This document shows positions 37,375-50,952 of a stretch of DNA of 64,000 nt, piece by piece. Positions within the stretch are counted from its first letter, which is position 1, and every line of letters begins with the position of its first letter. The notes under the pieces are model-generated. The model saw only the letters and a program-made list of their open reading frames with translations, had not been told where the DNA came from and did not search any database. Source of the DNA: Podarcis vaucheri. Taxonomy: Eukaryota. The stretch lies in assembly GCA_965113315.1 (NCBI GenBank), contig OZ220374.1; one strand, 5' to 3'. The position numbers and the translations under genes were made by a program.

Positions 37375-39647
37375 GTAACACGATAATTCTGAATATGGAA
37401 CATTATTTTTTTTTTAAAAAAAAAAAAACCAATATAGTGTCTTTTAGAAGAAACATATTTCCAAGATTTTTTTAAAAAATAATTTGTATTTCAGTACTAC
37501 CTTTCTGTACTACATGTATCTCATCCTGGCATGTTGGAATGTTGAACTGTATTATTGGGTGGAGCATTTTTATGGGTGGAGTCCTTTTTAATAGGGGGGA
37601 AAAGACTCCTTACCTTCAGATTACCCATCTTGTTGAGAACCTAGTACTACTGCTACCAGTCAAAGATAACTCTTGTAATAAGCTCGTTCTGTGTGGGGCA
37701 TTGAGCAAAACACTTTTATAGCTTGTGAATTAATAATAGGTTCTTGAAAAGCCAGGTTTCTCCTTCTACTCTTGACAAGAGTCCAAAATTGGAAGGTTGA
37801 CTGCATTTGCTAGTTGGCTTCAAGAAAGTGATGCAAAGCGTTTTTGGTGTTCAGTGGAAAACTCCTTTATGATGACCATTTTTCGCACTTTGTTTCCTTA
37901 AGTACAATTCATTACTGAGCAATGAACAACTTGGGTGTCATATTGTTCAATGACTGGTTTGCTGTAATTAGACGTTCTCACAAGAAAGAGACACTTTTAG
38001 AGCCGGTGACTGATTGTGGTATGTGTGTGTCTGCGTTATGTCTTGTATTATGAATATTTTAAAGTAGAATTAATAGTATACATGATTTTTGTGGATCATA
38101 CACAACAGTCATGTTAATTTATATCTAAATGTACTGTATATAATTTGGCTTTTGTTTTAGCACTCCTTTTCTCATTATAATTGCTACTAGTTTATAATTC
38201 AGATTTCTTCTTGCATTTACTAAGCAAAATACAAAATTTAACCAAGACAATTAAACACAGAGAGTTAGAAGGCAATGACATTTCATTCTGATGCATAACA
38301 TTTATCATACAATCATTTATTTTTTCCTTGGATTGGCGAAAACAAAGAATATATTGATCTTGGAATGAACAGACACAGCAGTCCGTATTGTTAGATCTGT
38401 ATCTATTAAAAATGGAAAAACAGCACTTCAGCAAATTCTTTGGCCTCTGCTCATGATTACCCTATTTATTGATTGTTTGCCAAGAATGTATGCATCTTAA
38501 GAAAGCCAGGGTAAGGCATTAAAAATATAATTTATTGCTGCTTTTTAAACAGAGTGCATTAATATTATGCTGTGAAGCACTNNNNNNNNNNNNNNNNNNN
38601 NNNNNNNNNNNNNNNNNNNNNNNNNNNNNNNNNNNNNNNNNNNNNNNNNNNNNNNNNNNNNNNNNNNNNNNNNNNNNNNNNNNNNNNNNNNNNNNNNNNN
38701 NNNNNNNNNNNNNNNNNNNNNNNNNNNNNNNNNNNNNNNNNNNNNTGGCAGACGTGCTGTTTACATAGACTCATAAACCTTCGGCAAAACCTCTAACACT
38801 GCCTTCAGGTTTAAATCATGCTGTATTTTTAGCATTGAGCACTGACCAGTGCTTTCCCCTTTAATACTAGAAGGTTATAAAGTTGCTGCACTTGGAGATC
38901 TTGCCAAGTGCTTGCAAGAGTGATCAGCTAGCTGAGATTGTGGTCTCCTGTCTAGCATTTTTCACATTTAATAGAAGGGCACTTGTGACAGGTTGTTGAG
39001 ATTTAACATCTGTAGTCAGATGATACCTTTTGGTAGCTACAGGGGGGTATCAAAAGAGTAGTCAAGAAGAGGCGCTGCTTCTTTGAGAAGGGCGTTTGTG
39101 TTTTAAGTGCTGGAGCTTGCAGGCCTTTCACACAATAACAACACCGACTTTCCTATTATAATACAAAATACCACAATAAATCTGTATTTAGCACCGTTGG
39201 GGGTAAATCCAGGGTGCTTTAGTTGGGAGGCTGTCTACTCCCCCCCCCCAATAATGTAATTTTCTTACTTTGCGGTCAGTAGGAGGGAAGCATAGAGTAA
39301 GCACAAGTTGATACTGTATTTCTAAAGCATGCAAAAATCTGTGCAGATTCTGCAGTTAGGCTTTTAATAGTCGTTCCAATCCCATCCAGTCCCCTACTCC
39401 CATGCTTTGTGTGTTTGGGTAGTGATGGGTCAAAGCATATTGTGAAGCAGATTTTATCCAAGCTCTGACAAGTGAACCAAGAAAGAAACCAGCAATTTAC
39501 ATTATGATATTCATGCTCTAGTCTTTTTTTTAAAAAAACCAAACACAACTTCCTGAAGCGTCTTGCTATAAGATGCAAATTATTGGCAAATGTTTAGGTT
39601 TGTGGTCTGTGCTGAACCTATTCAGCAAACCAAGAGAAGTTTGTACA

Positions 39648-39738
39648 TCTCTCGGAGCAACCCTGAAAGGATTGATTTGCCAAACTGATTTCTCTCGGAG
39701 CAACCCTGAAAGGATTGATTTGCCAAACTGATTTCTCT
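39648..39738. repeat. Perfect 43-bp tandem duplication
   Basis: TCTCTCGGAGCAACCCTGAAAGGATTGATTTGCCAAACTGATT twice, followed by TCTCT. Confidence 0.95.
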
Positions 39739-41238
39739 GGTGGTGAACTGCTCAGTGCAGAGGTAATTCAAATGGAGCCTTTCACTGTAATCTGCTACTG
39801 TATGTGTAAGAGAACAAAATGAACAAAGAGATTCTATAGTTCAAGTTACCTCAATGGCTTCGATAAATCACTTTTACAAGTGCAGTATGCGTTATATACC
39901 TTTTCCAGGATTGGATGACTTCTGTAAATGTAGATAGGGCAGTGCTTACAGAGGCATTAACGTTGTAGGACTAATTGGCGATCCTGGGCGCCCTGTTAAA
40001 GTAACCTTTGCCATCATTTATGCTAAAGATTATGCCCTCCTGGCACTATGCCATGAGACATCTCCCGTGTAGCAGCTGTTTAACCCTTTCAGATCTTGTC
40101 GGTAAAGGGGTCTGATCTGCATCAGTGTAGGTAGCCAGAGTTCTGCCTCTGGTTTAGTGGGATGTAGGTGTTTATATTTACATGCAACTTCCCTCTCATT
40201 TAAGTCATCAGTTGTAATTTCGCAAGAACAGCTCCTTCCTATAGCAAGTGAGTGATACTTGTACGGTGCTGCGTGAACAGTGGGCTATTACTCCAAATCT
40301 AGCTCAAATGAAAGCGAAATTTTAAGAGCCACAAATATTCCGATGTTTAAAAAAGGCCTAGCCTGTTTCACTGGCAATGCTTGTCATCTCATTGAGATCA
40401 ATGAGAGATGTGATGTATGATTTATAAACCTTTTCTTCATCTTGATACATTGGGACCACAGCAATGTAAAAATAGTCCCTTGAAATTAATTTAAAAAGAA
40501 AAAGGGAAGTTAATTATGTGCACACATGTATGGCACAGTATTTTTATTTTTTTTACTAGTTAGCTGCTCAAAGTACATATAATGGCAGTAACTTGGGTTA
40601 CAGTAAATGTGACATAATTAGAATTGTGTAGGTGTGTGTGTTTCTTTTTTTTCTTTCCAGAATGTTTTCTTTTCTTTCCAGAATGTGTATCTTGTTAGAT
40701 GTAACTTGAGTGTGTCTTGCCTATTTCCAAACAGTAAAAACAGTTAGCATTAGATTGGGTGGGGTTTGGGTTTGGGTTTCGGAGGGGGGTTTTTTTTGCA
40801 CTGTTTTGTAAATGTGAAATTTGAAGAACAGCCAGACAAAGGTGAAATTTTGTGACAATTAGTAATTCAGTATTTTTGGCACTACTGGGGAAGTTTTATT
40901 GTAAACAGAATTATGTTGATGGCATTGCAATGGCTTGCTCTGAAGGCTTCTGCAGAGTATGTATTTAAGTAGTCACATTGCAGACGCTCACAACAAATCA
41001 GATAGGACAATCAACATTATTTCTCTGCAGCCAACCTCACTGTTTCTATAAGCAGGTACTGAATTCTAGAGCAGACCAAGACCTGTACATACACCTGTTA
41101 CAGCATTTTGTAGATGTATGCATGTGATGTAGCCTATATCTGGCAGGAATCTGTGGGTAGGATTTCAGCTGCATAGCATTTCTTTGACAACCCATTCAGA
41201 AAGTACATGTAAGTAACAAGGAAATTTTGATTTCTTAA

Positions 41239-41475
<237 letters not shown>

Positions 41476-41903
41476 TAGTGGGGGGACTGGGCGGACGGTA
41501 TTCCTTATTTTCAGATACGCCGTGCTAGAGCTTATAATCAGCAGCCATGTAAAATGTATATTTCAAATTTTGCATTGCATTTTTCTTAGCAGATATTTTG
41601 CTTGTGTGAAACATTGGAAGTATGGCTTTGTTTTTAAATGCCTTCAGTGGAGTAACAATCCTTAATAATCTATACCACTGAAGATCCATAAGGAAGAGAC
41701 ACATTTCAGCAGGTGGACAGTTGAGAAAGTTAACCTTCCCCCGCCGCCCAGGACTGAGCCATCTCTTATTGTTTCTTACAGGGAAATTTACAAACGCATG
41801 TTTTTCAGTATAGTAACTTGCTCAATATCCACCCATCTGTTAATGTAAGAGGAGAGGACATACTTGATTGATTGTGCATTTTAAAAATAACTGCGTGATA
41901 TAA

Positions 41904-42167
<264 letters not shown>

Positions 42168-42765
42168 TGAATATTCAGTTCCTGCTGAGTTAATGCAGGC
42201 CACCCTTCAGAATAATACCTGCATTCTTTTGTTACTGCAGTTCTTCAGGACCCACCCCACGCCCCAAAATATTGTAGAAACCTTATATTCACAAAGCTGC
42301 GATTCATAGCTTTCCTTTTGGTATCTCATTAAAAGTATATTGCATTTTAGTCAATTAAATGATGCATTACAAGAAGGCATTTTACATAAAGTTTACTTAA
42401 GAGAAAAATATTTTTGCATATCATGAACAGCACCATCTGTGTGCGTTTTGAAAAAAAAAGAATGACTTGTTCGCTCTTATTGTTGCTGTCAAGGTTTTTT
42501 AAATTTCGCTAAACTAAAAGTGGGGGAAGCTAATATATTAATTCTTTTCATGATCAGTCGTGAGAAGGCATTACACCTTAAATTGTTTTACCAAGCGCAT
42601 CAGAGCAGGAAGGTAGAAGTAACATGAAAAAATAGTCGCCACATGCAGCTGATGTATAATTCATGCATCAATACAGCAGATGTGTTGTATAAAGTAATTA
42701 ACTAATCGGAACAATCAGGAGACTGAGAGCAATCTCCAGATGCATCTGCTTGATGCACAAAATGA

Positions 42766-42993
<228 letters not shown>

Positions 42994-44139
42994 TAATAAA
43001 ACACCACAGGCAACATTGATTTGAGGTTCTACAGACTGTTGCCGCTGGAATCTCTTGCCAAAAATAGCACAAATTTGCATTACTGCCTCATCAGATCTTA
43101 AAATGTAGTAGATTTATTTTTAAACAACTATTCAGGTTTAATCCTGTGAAAGACATCCTGAAATAATATCAATACAAAGCTGGAGTTCGGTGCTTTTTTA
43201 TGTCAGGTATTTGAACTGCATTATTGTAACTTGTGTTAATAGAGCACATTGGGTGTGTGGCAGTAGTTAAACTTGCTCACACCTGCTGCTGAATTTGAAT
43301 GTTGTGTTATATCAAACCAAACTAGTTCAGTATGCTAATTTATTAAAATAAAGAGTCACTTCAGTGTTTTGTGTGAATGTATGATGTGTTCTAAACATCT
43401 ACAAAAGAAAAAACAAAAAGTTATTAGGACAAATCCAAATACATAATAACAGTATAATGAGCAAGACAGATTCCAGACATGCCACTTAAAAGTGCTTTTG
43501 AGCTCTTTCCCACTGTTGGTGTGCATTCACGAAATAAACGCAGTGCTAGCATCAGATTGTTAAAATACTGTAGATGTGCCTTCCTGCATGCGCATCAATT
43601 GCATTTCAGTTTTCCTGTGGTGTCGTTTTTGTGCCACCTGTGAACAGGTGCTTTCTATTTGAAGTGCTTCCTTTTAGTTCAGTGCCCAGTGTTATTCCAT
43701 TATGTGAATGGCTCATTTCCATATTTTAACCTCTCTTCCTTGTATAGAAATACCTCTTTGGTCACTGTTGACAAGCAAGATTACCTGATTTCTCCTTTCT
43801 TTTCTGTAACCAGCGGCATGTGTCCAGTGACTATTTGAGTCACTATTCCCCACCCACTCGCTCTCTGGTGCAACCCAAGAAGGGAAAATGTTGCCGATTT
43901 CACTGACACTTACCTAAATTTCATTATATTATTATTACTTGTGCCTACAGGGTGTGTGCGTGTGTGCGGGCATACACACAAACCACATACCCAATTTTAA
44001 AAATTAGATTCATTTGCTCATGAAATTGATCAGGCTTTTCTCCAGACTTTTTTCTACCAGCTTGCCAGGTTTCCCAGATCAGTGAAGCAAATAACAGTGG
44101 AGATGTCAGATAGAAAAAGAGGCTTCACACTCAGGTTTC

Positions 44140-44265
44140 AACAATCTGGAACTCACTGGAACTCAGTCCAGGCACCTCTCAGCTGAGCGCCATTGCCATT
44201 ATAAGAGATCAAAGGAGGCGTTCATAGTGAGTTCCGGCCCCTCTTTTTCTAGAAAAATAGCACTG
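44140..44265. mobile_element. Partial non-autonomous DNA transposon (hAT-like end)
   Basis: GGAACTCAC...GTGAGTTCC internal inverted repeat, terminating in AGAAAAATAGCACTG. Confidence 0.55.
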
Positions 44266-45278
44266 AGTAGAAGGCATTAGACAGTGTAGTCTCACGCACC
44301 ATTGGGCAACCCTACAGGCAATGCAAGTGGGAACTGTCGCCCATACTAGCTAAGAAAGGGCTTTTGTGGCATTTAAAGCTTAACTTGTAAATAGTAACGA
44401 ATGGCTAATTTATATGATGCAAAGCCTCCCAAGTCGTCATTGAACTGCTTGAAATGATCTTAGCTCCAGAATGTATAAAGTATGTGAGCTCAGAAATCTT
44501 TCGAACAACTGTTTAACACAAGACAATCTTGTTATTTTAAATATTGTAGATACAGCCTAAAATCTGTTGGTTTGAGGAAACCAAAGGTGTCTTCCGTATT
44601 CCGTGGCAGGGACAAGAATTAAGCTGATCATTTCCTGAGCTACAGATTTTATTAGTTTCTGTTCTAGCTCCGTGATTATTTCTAGCCGAATTGTTGGTTT
44701 ATCTATAGGTTTTATTACATTTGGGTCAGTAGGGTGGCTGGATTTTTATTGTGTTTAGGATATCAGCCTTAAAAATACATACTTGGAAGTGAATCGTACT
44801 GGAAAGAACGGGTCTTCTTTCCACATAAATCTTGCCTGAGCTTGGATATTTTGTTACTCAGAATTATCTTGCCTATAGTAAAACAATTTCATATAAATAA
44901 TTTATAATTAAGATGGACATTTTATATCTTTAAAATATAGCTCATGCGTCTGTGCTGACAGAAGCTTCTCTGATTCAGCAGAGGTTTCCATCAGTGAATC
45001 GCCAAGGAAAGTGATTTTTGCCAGTGTCCCCTATTTCCTATAACACCTTTCATGCTGCTTCAAAGGGTCCCCCCAACTCTCTGGGGGAGATCGGGGGGGC
45101 TGGGGGGGAGAGAGAAAGGGAATCCATGAAAAATCACCTTCCCTCCCCCCCTTCCACTGACTGAATCAAAAGTGCTTTCCATCCGCAGAGGAGCACCATT
45201 ATATACAACCCATCTTCTTCCTTTTCTGAAAGTCCTTTAGAATAAGTTTATTTAGACAGAACATGGGTATTTAGGAAG

Positions 45279-45438
45279 TACTGTATTTTTCCATCTATAA
45301 GACACCCCCATGTATATTTTGGGGGACTCAGATTTAAGAAAATGGGGGGAGATGGCTCAGAGGATAAGACACCCCCTAATTTTTGACATTATTTTTTAGG
45401 GAAAAAACCTAGTCTTATAAACAGAAAAATACGATATA
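45279..45438. mobile_element. Tc1/mariner-pogo (Tc2-like) MITE
   Basis: TIRs TACTGTATTTTTCCATCTATAAGAC / GTCTTATAAACAGAAAAATACGATA with TA flanks. Confidence 0.75.
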
Positions 45439-46853
45439 TAAGCTTCAGAGAGATCACTAGAGTGTGGCTTTTATAGAGGAATCAATCACTGTTTTCTTTA
45501 GTAATTAGAAACTATTGCAGCAGTATATTTGCAAGACTTAACTGTGCACAACCATTCCTTAGATTTCTGGATGCATGTGTAGACGTTGAAGTTAAGGTCA
45601 CATACAGCTCAGTACCTGGATGGAAAAATGTATGAGAATCCTGTGAAAAGGGAGGTTTCCAGAGAAAGAATAGGACGCATGTTGTGAATATATATTGCTT
45701 GTATGCATATATGTGTCCTTTGTGCACTGTTCTTAAACTGTCTGCTCATTTTTAGAGAATATGCAACACAACGTGATGCATGTTTACTCATAAGTAAGTT
45801 TACTTTCTTTCCTTGAGATTTACTTGGAAGAGTGCACAGAAATGTAGTCACTTTACAACACTATCTGATAACGTGAAGGCAGGAGACGTGCAAGTCAGTT
45901 ATCTGAAGAGGCAGCATTTTACATATTTTGGTATGTTATTGCTATCTAGTTGCAGCTTGTCCACAAATGTAGATATGATGGAATGCTAAGCTATATTTGC
46001 TTATATCTGTACCTTTATGTAGCACTCCCAGTATAAGCTGCAATTATATAAAGAAATAATTTTTACTGTAAGTGCACTTGAGAGCACTGAAATCAAGAAT
46101 CTGGAAAACAATACATATTTTAAAATAATTTAGATCAGTCTATATCTTCCAAGTTTTATATGGCAAAACCAGGATATAACATTATATATATATTGGAAAT
46201 GTTGTATTTCAGTTTGATTTGCATGGTTCATGATGCTGGTTTTGTTACAGCTAAAAGAGACAATCTGTTTGGGGTAAGGATTAATAGTTTTGTAATGAAG
46301 GTTATTACCTTGTTGGGTTATCCCAGACACAAGCACCATGAGGAGAGAAAAGAGGGCCCCATCTATGACTGAGATGGGTTTGGATCTATCCAAACTTTGC
46401 AGCAGAAGCTATGAAGAATCATGGCCATTGCCAATCAAGCTTAATTAACCCGATAATTATTTAAAAAATTTTTTGTGGTTTGTATGATTCTGGGGTTTTG
46501 CTCCATGTATTTATATGGCTGTCAAGTTCTTAAGACTTTCCTAACAGCCATAATGACTTTTTGAATGAATAAATAAAAGCCGATGATCCATTTTATCAAG
46601 GTTCCTTGCACCAAGCAAAATTAACTTATAGCCCTTGGGGCACATCAGCTCTGCTTTGCTTTCCTCCCCAGGGTTTTTTTAGTTTGCATTTCATCCTAAT
46701 CATTGTAAAGAATATTTGAGCTTATTTAGATATAGATATATAGAGAAGAACCCTAGTTTGATTACTTTTTTCCTATAAACTGTTTGGCTTCAAAAATAGA
46801 TTTAAAATGTGTTTGTTTTATAACAATAATTTTGGAGTGAAGTTATAATCATT

Positions 46854-47600
46854 TCCAGAGGGATAGCTGTGTTGGTCTCTCTGCAGTAAAAACACAGAAG
46901 AGTCTTGTGGCACCATAAAGACTAACAAATTTATTTTGGCGCAACCTTTTGTGGATTAAATGTAATCCTCAGTTGGCAGGTATTTATACACATGGACATA
47001 AAAGAGTGGGAAAGGTAATAGTTGGGAGTCAAATGCCAATGAAATGCAAAAAAAAGAGTAAGAACCAAATTATCACAGAGCATCCTTTTTCTACTTCATT
47101 GCTGTTTAACTCCAACTTTTACACTTATGCACCTGTGTAATAAAGGTAAAGAGACCCCTGACAATTAGATCCAGTCATGGACGACTCTGGGGTTGTGGCG
47201 ATCATCTCGCTTTACTGGCTGAGGGAGCTTCCAGGTCATGTGGCCAGCATGACTAAGCCGCTTCTGGCAAACCAGAGCAACGCATGGAAATGCTGTTTAC
47301 CTTCCCGCCGGAGTGGTACCTATTTATCTCCTTGCACTTTGACGTGCTTTCGAGCTGCTAGGTTGGCAATGGGAGCTCACCCTTTTGCGGGGATTCGAAC
47401 CGCCAACCTTCTGATCGGCAAGCCCTAGGCTCTGTGGTTTAACCCACAGCACCATCCACGTCCCATCTGTGTAATAAATACCTGCCAATTGAGGATTACA
47501 TTTCATGCATCTGATAAACTGGACACTTAATCTACAAAAGCTTATGGCATAATAAATGTGTTGGCCTTTGAGATACCACAAAACTCTTAGTTGATTTTGG
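46854..47600. mobile_element. Penelope-like element remnant with inverted terminal arms, interrupted by a Sauria SINE
   Basis: Arms are reverse complements (both strands give KCNPQLAGIY in the ORF track); GAGTCTTGTGGCACC..AAAGACTAACAAATTTATT resembles reptile Penelope-like ends; 10-bp TSD TATAATCATT (46844-46853 and 47601-47610). Confidence 0.7.
47145..47466 (-). mobile_element. Sauria (Squam1) SINE
   Basis: tRNA-like head with B box (GGTTCGAATCC on the - strand), ACCTTT-type tail, 12-bp TSD CTGTGTAATAAA (47133-47144 and 47467-47478). Confidence 0.9.
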
Positions 47601-48404
47601 TATAATCATTGTGTGTGGTTTGTGAAGCAAGTGCCTGGGCTTTAATTTGTTATTTCTGTGCATGCATGAAACAGTGGAAACTAAAGCTGATGTTTATTTG
47701 GTCTAGTCTGAATTAAGGGTGGGGAGCAAGGAGAAAGTTGCAATATTAGAACTGGGCGTTTTCTACCTTTTGTCCCCTCTGTACTAGAATGTTGTGAGAG
47801 ATGCCGTTGTTTATCCACTAGAAAGTATGCATACAGCAGTTGTGCAAAATAACTTCTTACCTCCACAGCAGGTTGATCGAGAGTAATATTGCCCTGTTGT
47901 TCTCATACATATTGTTTGCATAAAGAAGTGCAAGATAAATTACAAAGTGCAACATAGTGACTGCATGTGTGCTTTTCAGTGGATTATTAGAATTCATTAT
48001 CAAGGTCTAGACAATCAGGATGTGTATATAAAGTTTTGTAAGAATGCTTAATTTTGCATTCAAACTTTAGAAGGGTTGGGGACAAGGTGCTGACACTCTC
48101 CTTCTCCAAGGTAGGACCATGTTAATGTATAAACTGTGCTCCATAGGTCTGCACAAGATAGGAAGAACAAGTCTTGGTAGTGTTAATTGCCTTGACACCA
48201 ATGAGATGTGTTGAGTTTGGTGACAGGGATAGCAGTTTGAATTATAACCACTTCTTTCCTCTTCCCAGTGCCAGGTATTCCTGCTAATGCCTTAAATTAT
48301 GTGAAATGCTTTGTGTTGTAAAGAATTATGCTTATATCAACATAAATACTTGAGAAGCAAGGTGGGCATCTGCCACTAAACATAAGCAGCTCTCAGGATG
48401 GGAC

Positions 48405-48775
48405 AGGGGACCCGGGTGGCGCTGTGGTCTAAACTACTGAGCCTACGGCTTGCCGATCAGAAGGTCAGCGGTTCGAATCCCCATGATGGGGTGAGCTCTT
48501 GTTGCTCAGTCCCAGCTACTGCCAACCTAGCAGTTTGAAAGCACATCAGAGTGCAAGTAGATAAACAGGTACCGCTCAAGTGGGAAGGTAAACAGTGTTT
48601 CTGTGTGCTGCTCTGGTTTCGCCAGAAGCAGCTTAGTCATGCTGACCACATGACCCGGAAAAACTGTCTGCAGACAAACACCAGCTCCCTCGGCCAGTAA
48701 AGCTAGATGAACGCTGCAACCCCAGAGTCGTTCGCAGCTAGACTTAACTGTCAGGGGTCCTTTACCTTTACCTTT
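48405..48775 (+). mobile_element. Full-length Sauria (Squam1) SINE
   Basis: GGGACCCGGGTGGCGCTGTGG A box, GGTTCGAATCC B box, (ACCTTT)n tail, 10-bp TSD AGGATGGGAC (48395-48404 and 48776-48785). Confidence 0.92.
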
Positions 48776-49280
48776 AGGATGGGACTGAGCAGGGTGTGAA
48801 GGAGAAGCGAAGGGTGGGGAGATTGGCACAATGCGGATACACCAGTGAAGCCACTTAGAGTAATCTCCCTGTTCAGCAGCTGACCAGTGTATGCGTGTCA
48901 GGGAAGGCATTGAGAGGGGAGAGCAGGTCTGTAGTGCTGGGCCCCAGCCAATGCGTAGAACATGCAAGGGGCCTGCTGTCAATTCCCTGGAGACTCAAAG
49001 TCCTAGGCTCGCTCTTCTGACTGCAGCTCCTTTGCTGAGCATGGAAGTAGTGGCAGAGGAACAGGGCTGGCTCGAGACATTTGGGCACCTGAGGCACACA
49101 CACCAGGGAAGAAGGAGTGAGCACAGATCTACATCAGAAACGGGAGGGGGGAGAGATAAATATCTACATCAGAAACAAGGGGGTGAGTGAAGTTCTATAT
49201 TGGGATTGGGAGGGTGGAGGTGGGAATGAAATCAATCTTAACTGATGGTTGAAGTGGGAATCAAAGGCTGTCATGGAGTG

Positions 49281-49528
49281 GAAAGAAGAAGACTTTGGAT
49301 TTGATATCCCACTTTATCACTACCCAAAGGAGTCTCAAAGCGGCTAACATTCTCCTTTCCCTTCCTCCCCCACAACAAACACTCTGTGAGGTGAGTGAGG
49401 CTGAGAGACTTCAGAGAAGTGTGACTAGCCCAAGGTCACCCAAGAGCTGCATATGGAGGAGCAGGGAAGTGAACCCGGTTCACCAGATTACGAGTCTACC
49501 GCTCTTAACCACTACACCACACTGGCTC
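49281..49528 (-). mobile_element. Squam3-type tRNA/CORE SINE
   Basis: Minus strand starts GAGCCAGTGTGGTGTAGTGGTTAAGAGC (A box), has a CORE-like GTGACCTTGGGC, an L2-like tail and a (CTT)n end. Confidence 0.82.
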
Positions 49529-50258
49529 CCACTCTGAAAGAAGCCCACTCTGAATAGCACTGGATGGGTGCAGAGCCCAAGACTAGGGCAGCCCCCGCTA
49601 GGAGGTGGGAGGAGATCAGCAGTGTCTCCTGCATAGACGCAGCATGGGAGCGGGGCTGACACTGAGGGGGCAGCAGATCTGGCCTCCAAGGAGCGTGCCA
49701 CAACCACTGCTACTGCAGCATGAGCAGTTGGCAATATATGCTTTAGAGTGCATACATTCTGCTGCCTCTGAGGATTCCACTCCCTGAGGCGGTCGCTGGA
49801 CCTTGCCTCATGCATGGGCCGGCCCTGAATAGACCTGAAGTGGATCAGCATCCTCCACTTGCCTTACGTTCTTCCTCTCCCCATGTGGATTGATCCCAGA
49901 GGAAGAAGGCAAGGGAATGGGCAGTAGTGCTGAGGAAAAGGTGTGCCCACTTAAGAAGAGGACTATCTTGCCCAAAGGTCACCCAAAACACAAAACCAAA
50001 ACTTATTCCTGGTTATGGTATATAGGTACTGATTGCCTCAGTCGTCTTCTACATATTACATAATTGGCCTTCAGCTATACTTCACCCCATATAAAATAAT
50101 GTTCAACTTGAAGAGTTCACATGTTGCTGTGTGTGCACACCTACATGTGTTCACAACGCTTCAACAGCATCAGTCATCCTATACCTCAGCAGTTGTAATA
50201 ATGGTAAAAACCAGATTTGTGATTTCAGCTTGAACTCTGGCATAAGTGAATCCTAAAA

Positions 50259-50266
<8 letters not shown>

Positions 50267-50318
<52 letters not shown>
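50267..50318. repeat. (AAT)n microsatellite
   Basis: Directly visible. Confidence 0.95.
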
Positions 50319-50907
50319 GGAAAATGCTCTAAAAGCTAACCTCTCTTCCCCACTGTTGTAAAAATTGACAAGGTACTACAACCCTAATCCTTGCCTCCGC
50401 CTCTCCCCATATCCCAAGATAGACATCTCTATCAGCAGGCCATTAGGCAATTTTTGCTTGAGGGTTTGGAACAGGTAGTAGCCGATTCTGTTGTCTAAGG
50501 CCTGGTATTTCACATCCCTTAAAGCTTTTAAAGGAGGCGTTTTTATTTCATTAGCAAAATCAAATTGTGTCAAAGAGCAGCAATATACACCGCTTGCCTC
50601 AAGATCTAGAATGGCCTTGTGATATCATTAAATTAGAGTGCATTTTTATGCACAACACAGCCTTTTTATATCACCTTTACAGATGTTTATACGTTTCAGG
50701 GTCGTCGTCCCCCCCCCCCATCATTCCAAGCAACTTTATCCTTGAATAGAAGATTTTACAAGAAGGTTGTCGTTTTCTAAAAATTCCTATGTTAAAAAAA
50801 GGGAGGGGGCACCTGCAAAGTATAAATTGATGGGCCAATGTAAATCAAGGACCCTAGCTTGCATGTCTGCTTGTGTGATGAGATGTTTCTTTCTGAGTCA
50901 CATTTCC

Positions 50908-50952
50908 TGATTGATTGATTGATTGATTGATGGATGGATGGATGGATGGATG
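50908..50952. repeat. Compound (GATT)n(GGAT)n microsatellite, possibly a minus-strand L2/SINE tail
   Basis: Directly visible; the retroposon origin is an inference. Confidence 0.85.

Noticed and set aside
37375-37475. ORF-track extensions of SATB1 exons (also 41432-41478, 41919-42000, 63649-63702)
   Set aside because: Read-through into introns; SATB1 similarity ends exactly at canonical GT/AG sites.
48405-48490. tRNA gene (also near 26105 and 49500)
   Set aside because: A and B boxes are present but continue into SINE bodies with tails, so these are tRNA-derived SINE heads.
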